From contig OZ219748.1 of the NCBI GenBank assembly GCA_964291335.2, forward strand, positions 683,711 through 747,710: 64,000 nucleotides of DNA, read 5' to 3'. This DNA is from Dehalococcoidia bacterium. Its GTDB lineage: Bacteria > Chloroflexota > Dehalococcoidia > Lucifugimonadales > UBA3495. Under the pieces are notes generated by a model that ran no database searches, had not been told where the DNA came from, and was given only the letters and a program-made list of their open reading frames with translations. The position numbers and the translations under genes are program-made. Numbering within the stretch: position 1 is the stretch's first letter; the number at the start of each line of letters is the position of its first letter. Shown here one piece after another: positions 9,757 through 20,900 of this stretch.

Positions 9757-12700
9757 GTTTCAATCCTCACCCACCCTTTCGGGTGGGTGCTACCACCAGA
9801 TTACCTCCGGCCATGCCCGGACCGATGATGTTTCAATCCTCACCCACCCTTTCGGGTGGGTGCTACCCGTCGTCCCGGGTTATCTGATCTGGGTCAAAAT
9901 TGTTTCAATCCTCACCCACCCGAAAGGGTGGGTGCTACCTGACCCCGGGCCGCTGGCTGACGCAGACCCGGAAGTTTCAATCCTCACCCACCCGAAAGGA
10001 TGGGTGCTACCCCATCAGCTGCAGGAGATAGAGATACAGCAGACGGTTTCAATCCTCACCCACCCGAAAGGGTGGGTGCTACTCTTTAAGACACCAACTA
10101 AGTAACGAGCTTCCAAGGTTTCAATCCTCACCCACCCGAAAGGGTGGGTGCTACCTGGGCAGCGACCTGACCGACCCCGAAGTGGGGCGGTTTCAATCCT
10201 CACCCACCCGAAAGGGTGGGTGCTACCACGCTGTCTGACAGATGTCAACCTCTTGTCGGACGTTTCAATCCTCACCCACCCTTTCGGGTGGGTGCTACCA
10301 TTTTGGGCAGGCGCAAAAGCGCTCCCGGCTGACGGGTTTCAATCCTCACCCACCCTTTCGGGTGGGTGCTACGGTGCAGGGAACCGGAACGGGGGCCGGG
10401 GGTATCAGTTTCAATCCTCACCCACCCGAAAGGGTGGGTGCTACGCCGGGGACTTGCAACAATGGATAACGCCAGCCCTGTTTCAATCCTCACCCACCCG
10501 AAAGGGTGGGTGCTACGTTTGATATTGCCGCATTTGACACAGCTAAGCCCGTTTCAATCCTCACCCACCCGAAAGGGTGGGTGCTACACCCCGGTTATCC
10601 CGCCGCCGGCGTCCTGGCCTGGCCGGTTTCAATCCTCACCCACCCGAAAGGGTGGGTGCTACGCGGGGGTCTTCCAGAGCGTCCGCAGCGTCAATGAGTT
10701 TCAATCCTCACCCACCCGAAAGGGTGGGTGCTACCCGGTAGTCCGCCCATTTGCAGATAGCCGCCCACGTTTCAATCCTCACCCACCCGAAAGGGTGGGT
10801 GCTACTTCCCCCCGGCGGGTTTTGCATTGGCTTTTAGACCGTTTCAATCCTCACCCACCCGAAAGGGTGGGTGCTACCCGACTGGATGAGCGAAATCGGC
10901 GCTGCCGCGATGTTTCAATCCTCACCCACCCTTTCGGGTGGGTGCTACGGCTACCAGTTCCTGGACAAGCCCCAGTTCTTTCAGTTTCAATCCACCCACC
11001 CGAAAGGGTGGGTGCTACTACCCGCAAGGCGTTGTCTGTCAGCTGCCCAAAGTGTTTCAATCCTCACCCACCCGAAAGGGTGGGTGCTACTACCAGGACG
11101 CAGGCGATAAGATTGGCAATCGGGGTTTCAATCCTCACCCACCCTTTCGGGTGGGTGCTACCTTTTCGTATCTGGCGGCTCTTATCACCGCCCAGCGCGT
11201 TTCAATCCTCACCCACCCGAAAGGGTGGGTGCTACCTGCTGGACGAGCGCCACCACGGGGCCATCGCTGTTTCAATCCTCACCCACCCGAAAGGGTGGGT
11301 GCTACTTCGGCGGCCAGGGGGGTAAACCGGGCTTTGCTGCTGTTTCAATCCTCACCCACCCGAAAGGGTGGGTGCTACAGGTGGTATTTGGGCATTGCGC
11401 CGCCGCTTTGGTAGTTTCAATCCTCACCCACCCGAAAGGGTGGGTGCTACAGCTTCAACTCTCCTTCAGCGCAATTAGCATTGATGTTTCAATCCTCACC
11501 CACCCGAAAGGGTGGGTGCTACCTTTGTTGCGTGCCGCCGGCGTGTGGCGTGAGCCGTTTCAATCCTCACCCACCCGAAAGGGTGGGTGCTACAGCCAAC
11601 TCCGCCAACAACGGCGTATAACGCTCCTCGTTTCAATCCTCACCCACCCGAAAGGGTGGGTGCTACGTCTTTGCCAGCGTCTCCCCCACCAAACACATAA
11701 AGTTTCAATCCTCACCCACCCGAAAGGGTGGGTGCTACAGGGGCGGCGGCGGCAATCAGGTTTTCCCCGAAAATGTTTCAATCCTCACCCACCCGAAAGG
11801 GTGGGTGCTACGGGACGCCGACCTGGACGCGCCCCGTTCCACCGGGGTTTCAATCCTCACCCACCCGAAAGGGTGGGTGCTACAGGACGGCGCCCTGCCC
11901 CTTGCCCCAGCGGTAGGCGTTTCAATCCTCACCCACCCGAAAGGGTGGGTGCTACCTAGTGCGTTACGCGGGCCCCCCCGTTAATTACTCAGTTTCAATC
12001 CTCACCCACCCGAAAGGGTGGGTGCTACTTTCAGCAGCAGATTCAGCCGCCGGGCTGGGTCAGGTTTCAATCCTCACCCACCCGAAAGGGTGGGTGCTAC
12101 CCGATGAGACCGCCAATCAGGACTACTCCCAGGAAGTTTCAATCCTCACCCACCCGAAAGGGTGGGTGCTACGGGTTTAAAATCGCCGTCAGGTGTTTTA
12201 CTACCTGTTTCAATCCTCACCCACCCGAAAGGGTGGGTGCTACCCGACACACCTACACCACCTCTATGACTCTTGCTGTTTCAATCCTCACCCACCCTTT
12301 CGGGTGGGTGCTACCTTTTGCGGTTTCCCGTCAACCGACACAATCAGGGTTTCAATCCTCACCCACCCGAAAGGGTGGGTGCTACCCCCGGAAGCCGTAG
12401 CCACGAACAAGCAATTCGTGGTTTCAATCCTCACCCACCCGAAAGGGTGGGTGCTACATCTGAACGAAGTCATATGCACCGGTCAGAGTAAGGTTTCAAT
12501 CCTCACCCACCCGAAAGGGTGGGTGCTACGATGTCCATTGTTACCTTCCCTTCTCAAAATATCGGGTTTCAATCCTCACCCACCCGAAAGGGTGGGTGCT
12601 ACAAAAGTGAATGATAACCTGACTTCCCTCAAAGAGGGTTTCAATCCTCACCCACCCGAAAGGGTGGGTGCTACCCGACACTGCAACCTCAACTCCCGAA

Positions 12701-15700
12701 CAAGGAGGTAGTTTCAATCCTCACCCACCCGAAAGGGTGGGTGCTACATCAATTGCATCTGCCAGCCGGGATTGATACACATCATGTTTCAATCCTCACC
12801 CACCCGAAAGGGTGGGTGCTACCGTCAGCGCAGCGGCGGGTGAAACGCAGCGCCCCAAAGTTTCAATCCTCACCCACCCGAAAGGGTGGGTGCTACGCCG
12901 CCGCATAGCCATTATACCACCGCTACCACATGTTTCAATCCTCACCCACCCGAAAGGGTGGGTGCTACCTGATACAAATCGCTGACAACCTGATACAAAT
13001 CGGGCTGTTTCAATCCTCACCCACCCGAAAGGGTGGGTGCTACCGGCGGTGCCTTGCCCCCCTATCCGACCTGGCGGGTTTCAATCCTCACCCACCCGAA
13101 AGGGTGGGTGCTACGTTCCGGCGGGGTTAGCCTTGGGTGCAACGGCAGCAGTTTCAATCCTCACCCACCCGAAAGGGTGGGTGCTACCCGACGGGGGACG
13201 CCCAGGACGCCGGCGTAGGGTCAGTTTCAATCCTCACCCACCCGAAAGGGTGGGTGCTACACGGCCTGAAGGCGGCAACCCCGCCTTGCTGTAAGGGTTT
13301 CAATCCTCACCCACCCGAAAGGGTGGGTGCTACCGGTGGGGGCCCATCTGGTACTGCGTCCCGTGCGGGTTTCAATCCTCACCCACCCGAAAGGGTGGGT
13401 GCTACGCCGGATGGTAGCGTTGCAAACGCTGTAAGGGCAAATGTTTCAATCCTCACCCACCCGAAAGGGTGGGTGCTACTCGGCGGCTGACTCGTCAATG
13501 CAGTCGCAAACGCCGTTTCAATCCTCACCCACCCGAAAGGGTGGGTGCTACTTTTGCCTATTGACAAAATCGGTATATATCCCTAGTTTCAATCCTCACC
13601 CACCCGAAAGGGTGGGTGCTACCGACAGAAGGGCGGGCGGCTACGGAGACGACAGGATGTTTCAATCCTCACCCACCCGAAAGGGTGGGTGCTACACCGT
13701 CAAAAGGTCGGGGCCCAATCTCTCGTAACATAGTTTCAATCCTCACCCACCCGAAAGGGTGGGTGCTACTGTAGCTACCGAGACGTCCCAGACGGGCACT
13801 GGGGGGGTTTCAATCCTCACCCACCCGAAAGGGTGGGTGCTACACTCCAGGGAAAGATTGTGCAGGTCAGGTGATTGTTTCAATCCTCACCCACCCGAAA
13901 GGGTGGGTGCTACCTGACTATTAGAAACGCGACCAGCGTGTTCTAGATGTTTCAATCCTCACCCACCCGAAAGGGTGGGTGCTACCGCCGGCGCCGTTCC
14001 CGGCAGGCGTCGCAAAGGGAGTTTCAATCCTCACCCACCCGAAAGGGTGGGTGCTACCTGGCAAACCCTGGGCCATCCGCCAAAGCTCCGGCGGGTTTCA
14101 ATCCTCACCCACCCGAAAGGGTGGGTGCTACTCCTCGGCCTGGAGCGGGGTAATCCCCCGCCCCTGCCAGTTTCAATCCTCACCCACCCGAAAGGGTGGG
14201 TGCTACTCCAGGGCGGCTGGTAGGGCTCGGCCAGGGCTACCAAGTTTCAATCCTCACCCACCCGAAAGGGTGGGTGCTACAAAATGAGGTGGCACGGCGG
14301 GTGAGAGAGGATGAAGTTTCAATCCTCACCCACCCGAAAGGGTGGGTGCTACGCCACGAATTCCTGTATCCGGGCAAGCTCTTTGAGGTTTCAATCCTCA
14401 CCCACCCGAAAGGGTGGGTGCTACTCCCCCGCCCCTGCCAGAAAGCCAGAAGGCCTGCGGTTTCAATCCTCACCCACCCGAAAGGGTGGGTGCTACCGCC
14501 CCGGGGCCACCCACAGAGCAATCGCCCGCCGTTTCAATCCTCACCCACCCGAAAGGGTGGGTGCTACCCTACCCTTTGTTAGGTTAGGGGCAGGCCCCTA
14601 ACGGTTTCAATCCTCACCCACCCGAAAGGGTGGGTGCTACGGCGTCCCGGCCGCGCTGGGCCGTCTGGTACGCCTGTTTCAATCCTCACCCACCCGAAAG
14701 GGTGGGTGCTACGCCGCTGCCGCCGCCCTATACGGGCGAAACACGGTTTCAATCCTCACCCACCCGAAAGGGTGGGTGCTACGCGAGTGACGCGCCGGGA
14801 GGCCCAACCTGGCTGGGGTTTCAATCCTCACCCACCCGAAAGGGTGGGTGCTACTACGAGGCAAAGTACGCAAAAATGATGGACGGAGCGTTTCAATCCT
14901 CACCCACCCGAAAGGGTGGGTGCTACCGCCGAGGCAGCCCGCCCCCCCACGCCGATTTTGGTGTTTCAATCCTCACCCACCCGAAAGGGTGGGTGCTACT
15001 ATCCTTTCAGCGTCTCCGGGCCACCCCTGTAAGGGTTTCAATCCTCACCCACCCGAAAGGGTGGGTGCTACTTTCGGTCCTCGTCGATTTTATCGTGGCG
15101 ATACGGAGTTTCAATCCTCACCCACCCGAAAGGGTGGGTGCTACGGCCTTGCCGAAGTTACCGGGCCACCGGGCCTTGCCGTTTCAATCCTCACCCACCC
15201 GAAAGGGTGGGTGCTACAACAAGGGCCGCATTTTGCATTGCATTATGTAAACTGTTTCAATCCTCACCCACCCGAAAGGGTGGGTGCTACCTTACATATA
15301 TAATCTGATTGTGTACCTTAAAAGTTGTTTCAATCCTCACCCACCCGAAAGGGTGGGTGCTACCCGGTAACTCGGTGGCCCGGTAACTTCGCCTTATAGC
15401 TGTTTCAATCCTCACCCACCCGAAAGGGTGGGTGCTACACAAATGGCTGGTGGGCTGGCTGACGGCCAACCGGGTTTCAATCCTCACCCACCCGAAAGGG
15501 TGGGTGCTACGAAAGGCTATCGGCGGATGATTTGGGGCATATGGGGTTTCAATCCTCACCCACCCGAAAGGGTGGGTGCTACCTTCCTGCCGTCCGGCTT
15601 CTCCGGCTCCGGCTCGTGGTTTCAATCCTCACCCACCCGAAAGGGTGGGTGCTACTTCTATTGTTTCCGGGTTTTGCCACATAAAGAAAGAGTTTCAATC

Positions 15701-17916
15701 CTCACCCACCCGAAAGGGTGGGTGCTACAGCGCCCTGACAACGGCCGCTGGCTGGGGTGCAGGGTTTCAATCCTCACCCACCCGAAAGGGTGGGTGCTAC
15801 ATTTTGGGCAACCACAAAACGCCCCCGGCTGACCGGTTTCAATCCTCACCCACCCGAAAGGGTGGGTGCTACCCCTGCCGCCGTGGCTTTATCCGGGACG
15901 ACGTGGTAGTTTCAATCCTCACCCACCCGAAAGGGTGGGTGCTACGATGAGCGCCGGCGCGATTTGAGGGGTGGATTGATGGTTTCAATCCTCACCCACC
16001 CGAAAGGGTGGGTGCTACCCGGCTGGCAGCGTTATATCCTCGTTCTCCAGACGGGTTTCAATCCTCACCCACCCTTTCGGGTGGGTGCTACGCCCTGCTG
16101 TACGCTACAGGGTACGCAACCTGTACGGTTTCAATCCTCACCCACCCGAAAGGGTGGGTGCTACATACGCCGCAAGCAGCGCCGGTTAAGCCGTTGCAAG
16201 GTTTCAATCCTCACCCACCCGAAAGGGTGGGTGCTACGCGCAGGTTCGCCCGGCGCTGCCGGTAGTCCTGTAGTTTCAATCCTCACCCACCCGAAAGGGT
16301 GGGTGCTACCGCTCCGGAGGTAGGGGGCGGCGGCGGCAACCAGGGTTTCAATCCTCACCCACCCGAAAGGGTGGGTGCTACGCGGCTATCTGCAAATGGT
16401 CGGACTACCGGGCGGAGTTTCAATCCTCACCCACCCGAAAGGGTGGGTGCTACCGCCCGTAGGCTGCATGATGCTTGGCGGGCGCAGGATGTTTCAATCC
16501 TCACCCACCCGAAAGGGTGGGTGCTACTTGTGCTTTTGCGCCGAGCGGTGATACCAGGGCAGGTTTCAATCCTCACCCACCCGAAAGGGTGGGTGCTACA
16601 ACCTCGGCGACATTTTCGTTGTCGTCCATATCAGGGTTTCAATCCTCACCCACCCGAAAGGGTGGGTGCTACCGTGGCGTGGGCGTGGCCAGTAGCTAAA
16701 ATGACCCAGTTTCAATCCTCACCCACCCGAAAGGGTGGGTGCTACTCTCTGCCCAGAGGTGATAATGTTTGTAGGGAGATGTTTCAATCCTCACCCACCC
16801 GAAAGGGTGGGTGCTACCTCGGTGGCGTGGGCGTGGCGGTACACGCCGGGTTGTTTCAATCCTCACCCACCCGAAAGGGTGGGTGCTACAAGTCGCTTCT
16901 TGAGAGTTACTCTCAATGTAGGCCGGTTTCAATCCTCACCCACCCGAAAGGGTGGGTGCTACCTGCCCGGAAACCGGCGTAGCCGACTGGACAACCCGGG
17001 TTTCAATCCTCACCCACCCTTTCGGGTGGGTGCTACACGGATAACAACATTGTGATTAACAGCGATGATGAGTTTCAATCCTCACCCACCCGAAAGGGTG
17101 GGTGCTACGCCCGGGTTTTGGCTTCCCCGTGCCAGGGCAGGCGTGTTTCAATCCTCACCCACCCGAAAGGGTGGGTGCTACGCCGGTCTGGTAGGCCTCC
17201 TCGGCGGCGTCGTCGAGGTTTCAATCCTCACCCACCCGAAAGGGTGGGTGCTACCGAGCCCGGCTGGACTGTCCAGCACGGCGTACCCGTGTTTCAATCC
17301 TCACCCACCCGAAAGGGTGGGTGCTACCGGCGTTGCAGGCCGCAAAGTGTGCGTCTGCACGGCTGTTTCAATCCTCACCCACCCGAAAGGGTGGGTGCTA
17401 CCTCGGCCTGGGCCCGGCGCCATGCGGATGCGCCGACATGTTTCAATCCTCACCCACCCGAAAGGGTGGGTGCTACGGCACCCCGCTACCCGCTAGCCCC
17501 CCCCGGCCCCGGTTTCAATCCTCACCCACCCGAAAGGGTGGGTGCTACGACCGGCTGCCCCGACTGCGCCGCCGACCCCAGCACTGTTTCAATCCTCACC
17601 CACCCGAAAGGGTGGGTGCTACGCCTGCACGCCGCCGCACGCCCGCCCAGGCCCCCTGGTTTCAATCCTCACCCACCCGAAAGGGTGGGTGCTACTGGAG
17701 ACGGCACTCGACCACCTCTAGGCCCCCCCCCCGGTTTCAATCCTCACCCACCCGAAAGGGTGGGTGCTACGTCCCCAGACGGGCAGAAGAAGACTGTCCG
17801 AGTGATGTTTCAATCCTCACCCACCCGAAAGGGTGGGTGCTACCTCCAGAGAACGTGCCACCCCACGCTATCCCACCGGGTTTCAATCCTCACCCACCCG
17901 AAAGGGTGGGTGCTAC
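9757..17916 (-). repeat. Trailer-side block of 113 repeats: 104 with plus-strand loop GAAA (UUUC in crRNA), 9 with TTTC
   Basis: TTTC-type repeats start at 9757, 9830, 10262, 10336, 10912, 11125, 12278, 16055 and 17000. All other repeats in this block carry GAAA on the plus strand. Confidence 0.9.
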
Positions 17917-17951
17917 TCGAGCGCCTGGTCCACATGCGACTGGGCGGCCTC

Positions 17952-20900
17952 GTTTCAATCCTCACCCACCCTTTCGGGTGGGTGCTACTACCTTCCCGGC
18001 TTCCCGGCCTTTTGCGCGTGGCCGGGTTTCAATCCTCACCCACCCTTTCGGGTGGGTGCTACCTTGAGTAGTATCAGCAGTGGCAAGGCATAAAACGGTT
18101 TCAATCCTCACCCACCCTTTCGGGTGGGTGCTACCTCCAGGGCAGGGAGTGCTAATCCCTGCCCTGTTAGTTTCAATCCTCACCCACCCTTTCGGGTGGG
18201 TGCTACTTGGCTTCAGTCATTGAAGCCGTAACCGCTTCGCTGTTTCAATCCTCACCCACCCTTTCGGGTGGGTGCTACCTTTGGTTGGGTAACCCTACTA
18301 CGAAGCCGGAAACGGTTTCAATCCTCACCCACCCTTTCGGGTGGGTGCTACGCTTTGGCTTCCGCAAATGCGGAAGTTGCTTCCCTGGTTTCAATCCTCA
18401 CCCACCCTTTCGGGTGGGTGCTACCACGCCCACGCCGGGCAGTCGGTACAGGTACACCGTTTCAATCCTCACCCACCCTTTCGGGTGGGTGCTACCTACC
18501 AAACGGACGCTTTATTTTGCATAGCATTATGTGTTTCAATCCTCACCCACCCTTTCGGGTGGGTGCTACCCACCAAAGCGTCTGACGCGGTGGCCAGAGC
18601 AGCTCAAGTTTCAATCCTCACCCACCCTTTCGGGTGGGTGCTACAACTCCGTGCCTCAATGTAACAGCTTTTCCACTGGTGTTTCAATCCTCACCCACCC
18701 TTTCGGGTGGGTGCTACACATAGTCAGGTATTTTATATCCTAGTTGTTTAGTAGTTTCAATCCTCACCCACCCTTTCGGGTGGGTGCTACTGACGCCGCC
18801 CCCGGCATGTTCCGTGACCTGCTAGTTTCAATCCTCACCCACCCTTTCGGGTGGGTGCTACCGGGCAGCCAGGGCAACCCCTGGAGTGGCTGCTGTCGTT
18901 TCAATCCTCACCCACCCTTTCGGGTGGGTGCTACGGCCGCCGTTTCCCCGTCGTAGCAATTAAAGCTGCAGTTTCAATCCTCACCCACCCTTTCGGGTGG
19001 GTGCTACGCTTTGCCATTGCTCCAGCCTACCCCACCGCTGGCGGTTTCAATCCTCACCCACCCTTTCGGGTGGGTGCTACCCTCGGCCGGCATCCGGATG
19101 CCGGCCCAGCCCCCGAGTTTCAATCCTCACCCACCCTTTCGGGTGGGTGCTACCGGCTGACGCCCACCGGTTCCGCTTGCGCAAAATATGGTTTCAATCC
19201 TCACCCACCCTTTCGGGTGGGTGCTACCCGGGTAGTGCGCCGGGTTGCCGCTCTGGGGCCGGATGTTTCAATCCTCACCCACCCTTTCGGGTGGGTGCTA
19301 CGAGCCGCTGCCGGGGCAGCCGCCCCGCGCCGACAGGTTTCAATCCTCACCCACCCTTTCGGGTGGGTGCTACTGTAGGCAATATACAGATTTTGTCAAC
19401 AGGTAAAAGTTTCAATCCTCACCCACCCTTTCGGGTGGGTGCTACCCCAGCCCGACCAGATACACCCCCAGCATTTTCAGGTTTCAATCCTCACCCACCC
19501 TTTCGGGTGGGTGCTACTGGCAATCCGAAGGAAATATACGCAAAACCCAGCAGGTTTCAATCCTCACCCACCCTTTCGGGTGGGTGCTACGGGGCCGTTC
19601 CGGTCGGGAAACCGGGTTTCCGGGCGTTTCAATCCTCACCCACCCTTTCGGGTGGGTGCTACCCCCCAGGACGGCCAAACGGCTTACGGAGAGGCAAGTT
19701 TCAATCCTCACCCACCCTTTCGGGTGGGTGCTACAATCACTCCGCCGGCAATGTTGCCCAAGCTCAAACTGTTTCAATCCTCACCCACCCTTTCGGGTGG
19801 GTGCTACCCGGGTGTCCGGCGGCAAGGGTTCCTGGCAATTCCGGTTTCAATCCTCACCCACCCTTTCGGGTGGGTGCTACGTCAGGCTCTATGGTCTCCT
19901 CGGTCACGTACGGGCTGTTTCAATCCTCACCCACCCTTTCGGGTGGGTGCTACCTCTGCCCGCAGGATGCGATCCAGCCATTCCAGCGGGGTTTCAATCC
20001 TCACCCACCCTTTCGGGTGGGTGCTACGGCCGGCGCCGGCGTCCAGGTCAGCCGATTACGCTGTTTCAATCCTCACCCACCCTTTCGGGTGGGTGCTACA
20101 TTTTTATCCGCAGCGGCCCGTCCTGGTATTCACTAGTTTCAATCCTCACCCACCCTTTCGGGTGGGTGCTACACCGGGGCTTGCGCTGGAGGTGCACGGG
20201 CCAGCACACGTTTCAATCCTCACCCACCCTTTCGGGTGGGTGCTACCGCCGGACGCCTAACCGTAGGAGGATGAGGATTATGGTTTCAATCCTCACCCAC
20301 CCTTTCGGGTGGGTGCTACCTGGGCGCCGCATAGCCATTGTACCACTGCTACCACATGTTTCAATCCTCACCCACCCTTTCGGGTGGGTGCTACCGGCGG
20401 CGGAGTATCGGCGGGCGGCCACCCAAACGAGGGTTTCAATCCTCACCCACCCTTTCGGGTGGGTGCTACCGGCGTGGCGGTAGGTATAACCGGCAGGAGA
20501 ACGTGGTTTCAATCCTCACCCACCCTTTCGGGTGGGTGCTACCATTGCCCCACTAGGCGGCAGCACCCCGGCCCCCGGTTTCAATCCTCACCCACCCTTT
20601 CGGGTGGGTGCTACCGGTTTCGCCCGCGGTTATAATGGCGCAGTAGAAAGGTTTCAATCCTCACCCACCCTTTCGGGTGGGTGCTACCCTTTGACCTTAC
20701 AGCCCATTTTGAGGCTATGCAGGTTTCAATCCTCACCCACCCTTTCGGGTGGGTGCTACGTCCCGTCTGCCCACCCTGACTTTTCAGCATAAGGTTTCAA
20801 TCCTCACCCACCCTTTCGGGTGGGTGCTACCATTTGCGGGGTTAGCCTTGGGTGCAGCGGCAGCAGTTTCAATCCTCACCCACCCTTTCGGGTGGGTGCT